A stretch of 40,039 nt of DNA from an uncultured Rhodobacterales bacterium. Its GTDB lineage: Bacteria > Pseudomonadota > Alphaproteobacteria > Rhodobacterales > Rhodobacteraceae. The notes under the pieces are model-generated. The model searched no databases. It worked only from the letters and a program-made list of their open reading frames with translations, and was not told the origin of the DNA. Location of the stretch: NCBI GenBank assembly GCA_964351135.1, contig CAYGNB010000001.1:1-40039 (forward strand), in the 5' to 3' direction. Below are positions 8,164-17,791 of this stretch, one piece after another (the first letter of the stretch is position 1; every line of letters begins with the position of its first letter). The position numbers and the translations under genes were made by a program.

Positions 8164-9618
8164 TTATGCCACCGCCCCGTGATTGCCTTCCATCAGCCAG
8201 CTATCTGTCGCCAGATTGGTCAGCGTGACACCGGTGAACTGCTCCAATATCTCCGCACCACCGCCACTGACCCCGTTCACTGCGACACCCGCCGCAGCCT
8301 GCACAGTGGTTGCTCCTGCGCCAATCGTGCTGATACCGATGATAGTACCAACGGGATACGGCACCGTGGCATGGCTCGGAATTGTCAGGGCATTCGCGGC
8401 GGCGCTGTCCATCGTGACTTTCTTGTGAGCATCTGTCAGAGCGAGCGTGTAGGCCGTGCCGGTCTGCGCGTTGATTCCGTAGGTCAGCGTTTTGTTGGTC
8501 AGGGTCTGTGTAGCAGTCAGACCGACGAGCTGTTCCGCCACGCCTGCCGCATCATAGGTCGCCGCCGCCATGTCTCCACCGCCCGGCGGAGTTGCCCAAA
8601 CGCCATCGCCGCGCCAGAACGTCGATGTTGATGCGCCCGTTCCGCTGTTCAGATTGCCGACTGGCAGGTTGCCGGTGACGCCGGTTGACAGAGGTAGGCC
8701 TGTTGCGTTGGTCAGGGTTGCCGATGCGGGCGTTCCCAACGCACCGCCAGTGGTGAGCAACGACAGCAACGGCACCAGATCATTCGGGTCGGCCAGTTTC
8801 GGATCGTCATTATCGCTGGCGTCAAAAAACGGGAACTTGTCGCCGGAGGCAATGGTTGCGTCGGCCAAAACACTGCCGCTGGCGTCGGTCAGTATCTCGT
8901 TGCCCTCCACAGCCAGACGACCCGCCGCAACGCGCGTGATGGTCGTGTCCGTCGCATGGCCGATGTTCAGGCCCGAAAATTGCGGGGTGTCTCCGGTGTC
9001 CAGACTCAGGTCTGCACGATTTGAGGCGTACCCGGCAGACGCATGATTGCCCCAGCCATAGGCCACATCCCACTGCCCAACCCTGCTATCGGTGATAATG
9101 TTGATGCCCATGTTGATGTTGTTGCCGTTGGCATCGAGGTCGCCGCCCAACTGCGGGGTCGTATCATCAACCACATTGGAAATCCCGCCTCCACCGCCCG
9201 GCGGAGTTGCCCAAACGCCATCGCCGCGCAGGAACGTCGAGCCACTGGCGTTCGTTCCTCCACCGATGTTGGAGGGAACAATGGTAAGCGCCGCCTCATG
9301 CGCGGTAACGTCGCCCTCTGTCACCGTGTAGCCGGTGATGTATGCACCGAGGTCCGAAATCTGACTCTCCGTCACCGTTAGCGCGGATTGGTGTTGTGTG
9401 ACGCTGCTCTCGGAAATTAGTGCATCCGCAAATGTTCCCGAGGTCACATCGCCAGCCGCGTGAATGTGACTCGGCAGCGCATCCTCCGGAAACAGTGCGC
9501 TGTCCGCGAGATGATCCATTTCATCCCGCAGATCACCGGCGCTGATTTCGCGAGTGGTATTGTCCGCAAACGAAATATTTTTGTCCGATTTGAAATTAGC
9601 CCGTGTTTTTTGTGTCAT
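8164..9618 (-). CDS. Tail fibre protein
   Basis: [12 protein letters not shown] twice; [11 protein letters not shown]; TQTLTNKT; [11 protein letters not shown]-terminal domain. Confidence 0.85.
   Translation of the reverse strand: MTQKTRANFKSDKNISFADNTTREISAGDLRDEMDHLADSALFPEDALPSHIHAAGDVTSGTFADALISESSVTQHQSALTVTESQISDLGAYITGYTVTEGDVTAHEAALTIVPSNIGGGTNASGSTFLRGDGVWATPPGGGGGISNVVDDTTPQLGGDLDANGNNINMGINIITDSRVGQWDVAYGWGNHASAGYASNRADLSLDTGDTPQFSGLNIGHATDTTITRVAAGRLAVEGNEILTDASGSVLADATIASGDKFPFFDASDNDDPKLADPNDLVPLLSLLTTGGALGTPASATLTNATGLPLSTGVTGNLPVGNLNSGTGASTSTFWRGDGVWATPPGGGDMAAATYDAAGVAEQLVGLTATQTLTNKTLTYGINAQTGTAYTLALTDAHKKVTMDSAAANALTIPSHATVPYPVGTIIGISTIGAGATTVQAAAGVAVNGVSGGGAEILEQFTGVTLTNLATDSWLMEGNHGAVA
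8574..9229. repeat. 41-bp perfect direct repeat (8574-8614 and 9189-9229), 615 bp apart and in frame
   Basis: CTCCACCGCCCGGCGGAGTTGCCCAAACGCCATCGCCGCGC present twice. Confidence 0.95.
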
Positions 9619-9629
9619 GTCACCCGCCT

Positions 9630-10112
9630 CTAGGCTGCTACGTCGAATGCAATGCTGAATGCGTTGCTGAACGATGGAGTTTCTTCTGATTGCCCCACAT
9701 CAAATGCGGAGCTAAATGCGTTGCTGAACGCCCCGGACGCCGCGCCGCTGTTGTCGGCGACACCGATCACGGTAGACGTGCCCGCAATGGTCGCTGCGCT
9801 CGATGAGTCGGCAGCGCCAACCGCCACGAGGGACGATGAACCGGAAATCGTGGCGCTGCTCGCCGAACCCGTTGCGGCAATCGCAGAAACCGCTCCCGCG
9901 CCAGCGATGGTCGCCGATCCCGCCGCGCCGATGGCAGCGAAAAACGATGCGGTTGATGTGCCGGTGATCGTGCCGAACGCCTCGCCATCACCGAGGGTCA
10001 CGAGGTCAATATCCGAATAGATCGTCGCCTCGCCAACATCGAACGGCCCAACGTCCTGACCTACGATCCCGATAGTAAACGAGACGCCGTTGGATGTGAT
10101 CCTAACCGCCAC
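9630..10112 (-). CDS. Ala/Gly/Ser/Thr-rich fibre-like structural protein with FSNAFSxAFD repeats
   Basis: GGAGG RBS, GTG start; composition and position. Confidence 0.7.
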   Translation of the reverse strand: MAVRITSNGVSFTIGIVGQDVGPFDVGEATIYSDIDLVTLGDGEAFGTITGTSTASFFAAIGAAGSATIAGAGAVSAIAATGSASSATISGSSSLVAVGAADSSSAATIAGTSTVIGVADNSGAASGAFSNAFSSAFDVGQSEETPSFSNAFSIAFDVAA

Positions 10113-10407
10113 CGGTAATACCCTCCTGAACGTCCAGGTAGTAGGTGTAGGTCTGGATCACACGGCCCACGGCATCGACAAACCGGACATCTGTCTCCCA
10201 GAGACCGATTGACATAGTTGCCGTTTCCGCAGGTGTCAGCGAGACCATGTATTCACCCGCCGCTGCGTCAGTTATCTCGCATGTGAGGCTGATGCGCTCG
10301 TTTCCGCGCATCGCGTCGGAGGTCAGGGAAACACCAGACAACGAACCGCGCGCATAGGATCCCGGAATTTCGAGCGTGGTACCGGGTTTGAGTGGAATGG
10401 TTGACAT
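10102..10407 (-). CDS. Fibre-attachment adaptor (BppU N-terminal/LtfC-like beta domain)
   Basis: ITDAAAG..LTPAET..G..DV..G....T pattern. Confidence 0.6.
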   Translation of the reverse strand: MSTIPLKPGTTLEIPGSYARGSLSGVSLTSDAMRGNERISLTCEITDAAAGEYMVSLTPAETATMSIGLWETDVRFVDAVGRVIQTYTYYLDVQEGITGGG

Positions 10408-10420
10408 TTCCCGCCCCCTA

Positions 10421-10852
10421 TCAATCCTCGGTGATCGCCGTTACGGTCGTCAGAGTCGGCGGCGCGGAGCCGGGAGAGGCGGTTATCGCGCCGTCTAGAG
10501 CGCCGGAATAATACAGCGTGCCGCCGCCGGTTCCGGATGAGCCGATACCGATATGCGTCACGGTCTCATTGCCCGCTGTCGGGTGCGGGAAAATAATGGC
10601 CGAAACCGGACTCACGCTGTTCCCGTTGACCGTCCAGCCGCCAGCCGTGCGGGCAACCGCCATGCGCGCATAGCCAGTGTAGGTGCATTCGTTGGTCTCC
10701 TGATCGCCAGCCTCGCCGGGGTCTGCTGTGTGCAATGAGACATAGAGGTTGGTCAGGGGCGATGCCGCCGCGTTGTCCGCGATGTTGGGGATCGCGCCAC
10801 CGTTGAAAAGCAATTCCAGGATTGCCGTTTCATAGAAATTCGATTTGGACAT
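10421..10852 (-). CDS. Conserved phage fibre/structural protein
   Basis: LYVSLHTADPGEAG..E..YTGYAR motif. Confidence 0.75.
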   Translation of the reverse strand: MSKSNFYETAILELLFNGGAIPNIADNAAASPLTNLYVSLHTADPGEAGDQETNECTYTGYARMAVARTAGGWTVNGNSVSPVSAIIFPHPTAGNETVTHIGIGSSGTGGGTLYYSGALDGAITASPGSAPPTLTTVTAITED

Positions 10853-10873
10853 GGGATATTCCTCGATTGGAGA

Positions 10874-11170
10874 TTAGGTCGGGTCGCCGTCCGGCGGCAG
10901 TTTTTCACTCACAATCGCGAATGATTGACCCGCAGCGACGAGGCAGGAGATACCGGTCGGGCGCGTGATGATGATCGTCCAACTGCCAGTTTCCGTATTG
11001 GCGAATGTCTCGAATGCGTTGCCGTTTGATCCGAGGCCAATGGCCTGCCGGGTCTCGCCGTAACGCGCTGCAAGCTGCACCATCACCGCATCGCGCGGCG
11101 CACAGCTCTGTTGAGCAAAAGCGGGGAACGCAAAGAGCGCCGCCGTGGCGGACGTCAGTAGCCGTTTCAT
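10874..11170 (-). CDS. Secreted protein (CAPR..YGE..GSWT..CLVA)
   Basis: Signal peptide ending AFA; GAGG RBS; two Cys. Confidence 0.75.
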   Translation of the reverse strand: MKRLLTSATAALFAFPAFAQQSCAPRDAVMVQLAARYGETRQAIGLGSNGNAFETFANTETGSWTIIITRPTGISCLVAAGQSFAIVSEKLPPDGDPT

Positions 11171-11221
11171 GGGATTACCTCGTGGATAGGCCACGCAAGT
11201 TCCGGCGCATGGCTGGCCGGT

Positions 11222-11419
11222 CTATTCGCCGCACCCGGCGTCGATCAGCGCGATCAATGCCGCGCCGGATATTTTCGATTGAGGCCCACCATCGGCAACC
11301 AGAGCCGCCGCATGGTCGGTGCGCTGTTTCGCTGTACCTGCGCAGATTGCGCTATCGGTCGGCGCGTTTGCGCAACCAAGCGTCAGAGTCGTGAGCAGTA
11401 GCGGGAAGATCCACCTCAT
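11222..11419 (-). CDS. o-spanin (Rz1-like lipoprotein)
   Basis: Lipobox TLGC; overlaps the i-spanin 3' end. Confidence 0.8.
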   Translation of the reverse strand: MRWIFPLLLTTLTLGCANAPTDSAICAGTAKQRTDHAAALVADGGPQSKISGAALIALIDAGCGE

Positions 11420-11573
11420 CCATCCGTTTCCTTGTTTTGATGCCGTCCCTCATGGCCTTCATGTCGGCCTTGTGCCTCGCATCGCTGCGACCCTTTACGT
11501 AGACCCCGAGGAACGCCGCGATAGCGCCCACAGCACCCGCGATGTAGGGCCAGAACTGTGCCAGGATGTTCAT
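11352..11573 (-). CDS. i-spanin (Rz-like)
   Basis: N-terminal TM helix then helical segment (MNILAQFW..). Confidence 0.8.
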   Translation of the reverse strand: MNILAQFWPYIAGAVGAIAAFLGVYVKGRSDARHKADMKAMRDGIKTRKRMDEVDLPATAHDSDAWLRKRADR

Positions 11574-11779
11574 GCGCTGTCCCTCGCGAAATACCCGGCA
11601 GCGGCAATCAGGCCGCTCTCGATGAAAGGCCGGATTGCCTCGATCTGCGGGCCGAGTTTCATCTCGGGGAATAGCGCGTCCAAAACAGATCGTGCCGCCC
11701 CGACGATTGCCGCCGCAATAATGACCGCCCATATTTTTCGGGTCGGCCGCTTGGTCGGCTGATTGACCAGTCGTTTCAT
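11570..11779 (-). CDS. Putative holin
   Basis: 69 aa, basic N-terminus, two hydrophobic segments; between endolysin and spanins. Confidence 0.7.
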   Translation of the reverse strand: MKRLVNQPTKRPTRKIWAVIIAAAIVGAARSVLDALFPEMKLGPQIEAIRPFIESGLIAAAGYFARDSA

Positions 11780-12429
11780 TTCCTGCCTCCAAATATGGTG
11801 AGGAAGAGCGCCACGAGCGCCGCCCAAATGCCTTGGTTGGGGATTTCCGTGTGGCTCGGAGCATCCGGCGAGATGCCGCCCCGCATCAGACCAATCGCCT
11901 CATTCGGCGTCAGGGTTCGTTGCGGCCTCCAAATGACCTCGCGGGTATTGGTGACGCCCCAAACGGTCAGCGGCTGGTCGGGATAGACGCCCCGTTCAAA
12001 CAGGTTGCGCTCCGCCTGCCGACGCGCTGTGAGTTCGACCGGCTTGCACCAGTTCATCATGGCCGCACCCGCCGCGCGGACCTCGCCATTGTTCAGGTGC
12101 TTGACCCATGTTGCCCGCCCGATAGCGCCGGTGTTGTAGTGGAATGATACCGCCGCGTCGAATTGGTGCTGCTCTACCTCGACCGTGATCGCCGCGTTTA
12201 CCGCAGCCTCGTATCGGGCCAGATCGGCACGAAAAACCTGAAATACGCGCACCAATTCCGCATCGAGGTCTGACGGCATTCCAGCCGCCATTTTTGCAGG
12301 GTCAGGTGAACCAGCCGCTTTGGTGTGGCCGACACCGTATGTCAAAACACCCCTGCTGTCTCTGTATGGGCCGGGAACAATGCCCTCGTGCGCGATCAGC
12401 GCAACGATGCCCGCTTCGGACGTTTCCAT
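11776..12429 (-). CDS. Endolysin, GH24 lysozyme, with C-terminal hydrophobic helix
   Basis: HEG..YRDSRGVLTYGVGHT; QFDAAVSFHYNTG; L..RR..E. Confidence 0.92.
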   Translation of the reverse strand: METSEAGIVALIAHEGIVPGPYRDSRGVLTYGVGHTKAAGSPDPAKMAAGMPSDLDAELVRVFQVFRADLARYEAAVNAAITVEVEQHQFDAAVSFHYNTGAIGRATWVKHLNNGEVRAAGAAMMNWCKPVELTARRQAERNLFERGVYPDQPLTVWGVTNTREVIWRPQRTLTPNEAIGLMRGGISPDAPSHTEIPNQGIWAALVALFLTIFGGRK

Positions 12430-12432
12430 TTC

Positions 12433-13035
12433 CTACCTCTCCAACAGCCTGAAAATGATTGGATCGGTACGCTCGAAACGGGTCTCGCCGTCGCACTGGT
12501 ATTCCATTTCCAGATGCATCGCGACGCGACCAGCCGCCAATCCGTCCGGCAGGTCCGCGTTGATCAGGAGGCGCGCAATCTCGGTCGAAATCTGCCGCTG
12601 ACGTTTCAGCCGCGAACCGGACAAGCGGACGCCCAATTCATCCTCAAAAACCGTGACACCGCCCATGAATATGCAGTCCACGCCGGATAGCGTCCGACGC
12701 ATGAAATAAACGGCTGTGACCGGCTCTCCGCGATAGACCGGCTCCCGGACGAATGACCGGGCATCATCCACCCGGACGATGCGATCATCGCCAGCCAACC
12801 GGCGGACCTCCAACCTCAACTCTGCGACATCGCTTGAGGTCGCCAATCCGGACGCCTTTATCAGCGCGTCACCGTAGGTCGCCCAAAGCAGGAACCCGAG
12901 GAACGCAACCGAGGACGCGGCTGCACCCCCAATAAAACTGAACGCGCGAATGCTCTCCGCCAGCCCCGATAGGGTCATCGGCTCACGTGCTGCCATTGAC
13001 ATTACCTTCTGTCGTATGTGCATGATTTTGCTCAC
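12433..13035 (-). CDS. Single-pass membrane protein upstream of the endolysin
   Basis: One TM, short coiled coil, beta-rich domain with two Cys; start may be 13002 or 12996. Confidence 0.7.
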   Translation of the reverse strand: MSKIMHIRQKVMSMAAREPMTLSGLAESIRAFSFIGGAAASSVAFLGFLLWATYGDALIKASGLATSSDVAELRLEVRRLAGDDRIVRVDDARSFVREPVYRGEPVTAVYFMRRTLSGVDCIFMGGVTVFEDELGVRLSGSRLKRQRQISTEIARLLINADLPDGLAAGRVAMHLEMEYQCDGETRFERTDPIIFRLLER

Positions 13036-13105
13036 TGTTCTGTTCAGTCAGTGTGCGTGAGTGGTGCGCATAGGGGGTGGAGAACGCGGGCTGAAATTTC
13101 CCGGT

Positions 13106-14611
13106 TTAGCTCGCAGCCATCAATCCAGCGGCAATCATTGCGTCTCGCAGGGCGTTGATCTCTGCCGCTGATCCGGACGAGGCATCCGCGACGTGATCCG
13201 CTACGCCGCCACCGTCAATATCGAGGCGGTGCAGGCGGAATGAAATCGGATCGGGATCGGTCGTTACGTACCGGATGCCAAAACAAAAATACTTCGCGTC
13301 GGGATGAAACTCAAAACTCGCACCTTGTCCGTTCGGGAAGGCCCGCACGACATGCTTTTGTGGTGTTCCGTTATACGCGATCTGTCCGCCACCCGGAAAC
13401 AGGCCGCTGAACTCAATGAAATTACCGTTTGCATCATACTGATAGACACGCGCCCCGACACCGCCCGTTCCGGGCGAAACCGCCTCGAATTCAAACACCG
13501 CGCAACCGGAAACCGGCACCGGGAATACTTTCCGCGAAACAATGACCCCCGATCCGGATGAGCGTGTATAACACCACCCGAGACTGGCGTGATTTTCGAT
13601 GCTGAGTTCGGAATTCACCGATTGAATCGGTGTCCAGGGAGCCTCATGGACATTACCGGCAGACGCGGTGGTGTGATATGTGAACGAAAGTAGCCCGTCA
13701 TCGACCGAAAGGCCCATCGGCTCATAATCCGCGTCGTGCAATTCAGGCTGAGAATAAAGCGCCGCAACGAGCCGCCGCCCCATTTCCTTCATGAACCGCC
13801 CGGTGAAGTGCAGTCCATCAGTTGTGTAGGCATTCATCGTCCGAACGATACGCAACGTCGGCAGGTAGAACTGCGCAGATCGGTAGGAGTTAACCTGCCG
13901 TTTGCGGAAGTCCCGCTGGCCATAGGTCGTGATCTCGCCTGCAACGACCGGGTGTTGTTGCAGGTCGATCAGGCCACCGTCGCGCAATTCGCGGCAAAGC
14001 TGGTTCAATTTCTCCGCATGAACCTCGACCATATCGGACGCATTCGCGCCGCCGTGAATCCAGAAAAACGCGTCAATCATCGTGCCCGTTCGCCCCGGCA
14101 CCGCATTGATGGCGTTGCGAATGCCCGGATACAGGAATTGGTGCATGTTCTGACTGGGCGTGCTCCAGCCGTTCGCGGTGACGGTCGCGGGATCAATGAA
14201 GCTTTCGATGTTGATGCCGCCGAGGCCGTATTGAATCACGTAAACAGGACGCCCCGTGTCAAGGCGAAGTTTCTTCGCCGCCTGAAATGCAACCGAGTTG
14301 GCATATGGCGCGCCGCCGATGTTCAGCGGAGGCTCGCCAAACTCAGCATTGAGGTATTGCGTGCCGTTGATGAAACCCCCAGCATTGTTGCTCGATGCGT
14401 CGTTGTTCCAGAAATACACGCCGTCGATGGACTGCTGATCGCCGCCGGTGCTGTTCCCGTTGGACCGCACGTTTGATTGGCCCATGACGAGCAGAACAAG
14501 CGGTGCGCTCTCGTTGTATTCCATCCACTCCTGCATTTCCGCCTGAACGGGCTGATGCGTTGCCGAAATCGGGTCACCGCGCATGATTTCTTGGGGGGTC
14601 TTAGGTGCCAT
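13106..14611 (-). CDS. Tail spike/receptor-binding protein with sialate O-acetylesterase-like (SGNH, CE6-type) domain
   Basis: MGQSN, GG..I, DGLHF; follows the central tail protein; C-terminal INAL..AAGL fibre motif. Confidence 0.8.
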   Translation of the reverse strand: MAPKTPQEIMRGDPISATHQPVQAEMQEWMEYNESAPLVLLVMGQSNVRSNGNSTGGDQQSIDGVYFWNNDASSNNAGGFINGTQYLNAEFGEPPLNIGGAPYANSVAFQAAKKLRLDTGRPVYVIQYGLGGINIESFIDPATVTANGWSTPSQNMHQFLYPGIRNAINAVPGRTGTMIDAFFWIHGGANASDMVEVHAEKLNQLCRELRDGGLIDLQQHPVVAGEITTYGQRDFRKRQVNSYRSAQFYLPTLRIVRTMNAYTTDGLHFTGRFMKEMGRRLVAALYSQPELHDADYEPMGLSVDDGLLSFTYHTTASAGNVHEAPWTPIQSVNSELSIENHASLGWCYTRSSGSGVIVSRKVFPVPVSGCAVFEFEAVSPGTGGVGARVYQYDANGNFIEFSGLFPGGGQIAYNGTPQKHVVRAFPNGQGASFEFHPDAKYFCFGIRYVTTDPDPISFRLHRLDIDGGGVADHVADASSGSAAEINALRDAMIAAGLMAAS

Positions 14612-14674
14612 ATGTGCCTCGCATGACAATTGGCCGGACGAATCCGGTGCATTCAGGTCGTTTTGTTGTGAGTG

Positions 14675-16792
14675 TTAGGGAACGGTTACGGTTTCAGGCC
14701 CTGAGCGTGGCCCGGCTATGTTGCTCTGGTTGATCGGCTCCGCCCAATAGCTCTGGTCGCCCGATCCCGGCGCCGAATCCGTCCAGCTGTCCGCGTTGGA
14801 CGGGATGCCGTATTCGGTTCTGACGAGAACAGCCGTGTTGAAATCTGTGCTGTTGGTCGCTCGATAGATGCGCGTTCCGAAATAGTTTTCGTCGTTCGGA
14901 GCGGTGAGTGTAACATCCACATCAGCGCCCGACAGACTTGCTCCGAATGAGTCCAGAGCGGCGGGCGGAGTTGCGTTTTCTATGGCCGTGACGGCCCCCG
15001 GTGTTTCCGGCACCCAATCGCCCTCACGAAGCGCCGCCGTGCGATTCCGGCCCTGGTACTCGTATTCCTGACCATCCGTCAGGCCCGTGATAACCAAGGT
15101 CTCTTGGCCGCTCGGCACAGAGTAAATCTGCCAGTCATTCGCGCCGGTGACGGAAATTCGGATTTGCTGGTTCAGGCTTTCGTCTTGCTCGTCCCAATTG
15201 AAGTGCAGAATACCGTTGCCGGGGGAAAGCACCCCCAATCCGGTCAAGTCCTCGATATCGTCATTGTTCGTGGGCTTGTTGATCGTCGGCCTGTCCGGTT
15301 CCTCGGTTGCCGCGTTGAAATCAAAATCCTCCGGCCGCACAGAATTTGCCGATATGGTGAAGCGCGTCATGCTCTCCCAGACCAATTCTCCGATCTCGAA
15401 ATACTCGTCGAAATCCAACTCGGGCTGAACGAACCGGAAGAACCGATGTGCGCCGCCATTGTCGCCGCCGAGCAGTTCATAACCAATCGGGCCGATGGTT
15501 CCGGTGATGCGATACTGCGCGCGGCGGGTCTTTGCGATCCTCTTGTTGATGCGTGACGCCTGATTGTGGTTGTTGACCATGTACAGCGCAGGCTCATCGC
15601 GCACGCGCCGTCCAGTATTGTCCTCCACCCACACGCCCGAGCCTGTTTCGCGCCATGCGTTCGCAGGTTCGATATAAGTCCCGGCAACCTCGGTCGGTGA
15701 ATCCGCGCCCCAATTGCCCTCTACGATCTCGATAGTTTCGAAATCAGATGGCCCTAGCGTAACAGCGGGAGTGGTGAACCGGCCAACCTTGAACCCGACC
15801 TTTCCGTCGATACGCTCGTACATGAAGGCGTCACAGGACACAGCCATGAGCGCGCGCTGATCCTCGAATTCCTGATCGTCAGATATCGTTCCGTTCGTGG
15901 TCCAGCGCGGCTGGGTCGTGCCCTCTTTGTTGGTGACCAGCTCGTCGCAGACATTAGCCTCGCGGGCGATCTCATCCCAATCAACATCCTGGCCCAGTCT
16001 CTCGGTGATCCAATGCGCCAACACCAGCGCGGAATTGTTGGTGTATTTCCGCGTCTGATCGCGCGGGTCGTAAATCTGGTTGTGACCATCGAACACGGGC
16101 GCATATGACCAATGCCGACCCGTGGGAAAGACCTTGGTGAAATCCTCGGGTGCTGGTCGCCCCGTCCAGAGAACGGCGCCCGAGAGACCCTTGAAGTCAT
16201 GCGCTTCCGTCCACTCGGGGGATATGTTGACCAGATAGCTGTTGGCGGGATCGTCGCCGGTGAATACCTCGATCCGGCCCCGGTTCGTCAAATGCGGGCC
16301 GATGATGTTGTACTGGTTCAGGTTCGGGTTGGCTGAAAGTGTCACGACACGCTCATCCAGCCAGTGCTCCACAATGCCCTCAATCGGATGCGCGGCGATA
16401 ATTGGTGCCCAAAACCGTCGGCGGGAACGAAATGTCGTGTATCCAAGTGGTCCACCCTTGCGGACGCGACCGTAAACGGTCTCTGCATAGGTGATCGCCT
16501 GCGCAAAGTTCGCCATGCGCGAGGATGGCGGCGGCGTGTTGATGTTTTTCCGCTGCAACCGCGCCGCGATCGCAGACAGGCCAACCGCGACCGCAGTTTT
16601 TACCAGAAGCCCACCGAAGAACGTCCCGGCGAATGCTGCCCCTGCCGCATATGCCGCCGTTGACGCGATGGCCGCACCGGTCGCGACACCAAGCGCCCCC
16701 GCCAGGAACCCGACCACAGGTGCAGCGGATGCAGATTTAGGCGTCAGGCAAGTTGTCGCGAGCAACGCCGCAATAGCCAACCTACGCCTCAT
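14675..16792 (-). CDS. Central tail tip/host-specificity protein (gpJ-like) with FN3 domains
   Basis: YGRVRKGG; IYDPR..TNNSAL; GLTDGQEYEY. Confidence 0.85.
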   Translation of the reverse strand: MRRRLAIAALLATTCLTPKSASAAPVVGFLAGALGVATGAAIASTAAYAAGAAFAGTFFGGLLVKTAVAVGLSAIAARLQRKNINTPPPSSRMANFAQAITYAETVYGRVRKGGPLGYTTFRSRRRFWAPIIAAHPIEGIVEHWLDERVVTLSANPNLNQYNIIGPHLTNRGRIEVFTGDDPANSYLVNISPEWTEAHDFKGLSGAVLWTGRPAPEDFTKVFPTGRHWSYAPVFDGHNQIYDPRDQTRKYTNNSALVLAHWITERLGQDVDWDEIAREANVCDELVTNKEGTTQPRWTTNGTISDDQEFEDQRALMAVSCDAFMYERIDGKVGFKVGRFTTPAVTLGPSDFETIEIVEGNWGADSPTEVAGTYIEPANAWRETGSGVWVEDNTGRRVRDEPALYMVNNHNQASRINKRIAKTRRAQYRITGTIGPIGYELLGGDNGGAHRFFRFVQPELDFDEYFEIGELVWESMTRFTISANSVRPEDFDFNAATEEPDRPTINKPTNNDDIEDLTGLGVLSPGNGILHFNWDEQDESLNQQIRISVTGANDWQIYSVPSGQETLVITGLTDGQEYEYQGRNRTAALREGDWVPETPGAVTAIENATPPAALDSFGASLSGADVDVTLTAPNDENYFGTRIYRATNSTDFNTAVLVRTEYGIPSNADSWTDSAPGSGDQSYWAEPINQSNIAGPRSGPETVTVP

Positions 16793-17207
16793 ATCCGACG
16801 CTCCATATCGCCAGAACCTCAATGACAACGCTCGGGTGAACGGTTGTTGTTCCGTGCGGACCCTTGCAGCCCCACGCATTGCCCAACCACAGCCCGCCAC
16901 AGGGCGAAACACGGCCATCAGGCTCCCGCAGCATCAGAATTGCGGTATCACCCGGCTGCGGGTCGTCTGTGCGCTCCAAGCCGCCGATAGTATCAAGGCA
17001 ACTCTCAACCGCTGCGACCGGATCGCGCAGAAAGCCGGTTTCCCGCTGGCACGTGCCTCGGCTGTCATACATGCCGCGAATGTGCGCCGCCGGGTCCGCC
17101 CCTTTGACGCGGGCCACCCAATCAGCGAGGACCAGCATGCAATCTGTCTCGCCCCAGATGAACGGCTTGCTCATCCAGCTATGAAGTTCCTGATAGAGCG
17201 GGGTCAT
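16782..17207 (-). CDS. Tail tip NlpC/P60-like protein (DUF6950-like)
   Basis: PFIWGETDC..ADWV..GADP..PQPGD. Confidence 0.8.
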   Translation of the reverse strand: MTPLYQELHSWMSKPFIWGETDCMLVLADWVARVKGADPAAHIRGMYDSRGTCQRETGFLRDPVAAVESCLDTIGGLERTDDPQPGDTAILMLREPDGRVSPCGGLWLGNAWGCKGPHGTTTVHPSVVIEVLAIWSVGYEA

Positions 17208-17791
17208 CCGAATAGCTTCTCTTCTTCGAAGTCCGACGTCGGCATATGGTCAAGTGACGGGTTTTCCTCACCGATCAACGTCGCATGTCCTTCTGTGTTC
17301 AGAATGATGCGCCGCGCTCCACGTCGATCCTCGGGCCACGCCTCAAACGACAGCGTGATAGAGCGATCCTGTGCCCCGCCCATCGCGTAGGTGATCGTCC
17401 GCATTGTGCGCTGACGCCATTGAATGGGGGCGATGCTTGGCTTGTAGAATTCCCGCTCATTGCGGATCGGCTGGAAAAAGAACTTGATCGGGCGACCCGA
17501 CACGTAGTCAAGGCCCAGCGCCTTTACCTCGCTGATCAGGCTGGTTGCCTTCGGGTCCTGGAAAAAGGAAAGCGTGAGGCTCCCCGAGGGCGCGTCACCA
17601 TTCAGCGCAGAGGACATGCTGGATGCGCTGATAAGTTGCGATCCGATCCAGTTACTGCGATTGACGTCCTTGAATATCCCATCGGTTCCGATCATGAACC
17701 GTTGCGGCCCGTCCTGCGTGCTGACCTCGCACAAATTCAGACCGCCAAGGCTCAAGTCTCGGCAGTTATAGTCAGCGGGGAAGAAGCTCAT
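17204..17791 (-). CDS. Tail tip/hub protein (gpL-like position)
   Basis: Synteny and size. Confidence 0.65.
   Translation of the reverse strand: MSFFPADYNCRDLSLGGLNLCEVSTQDGPQRFMIGTDGIFKDVNRSNWIGSQLISASSMSSALNGDAPSGSLTLSFFQDPKATSLISEVKALGLDYVSGRPIKFFFQPIRNEREFYKPSIAPIQWRQRTMRTITYAMGGAQDRSITLSFEAWPEDRRGARRIILNTEGHATLIGEENPSLDHMPTSDFEEEKLFG

Noticed and set aside
8574-9240. Diversity-generating retroelement TR/VR pair
   Set aside because: No reverse transcriptase; repeat is short, with no adenine-specific mismatch pattern
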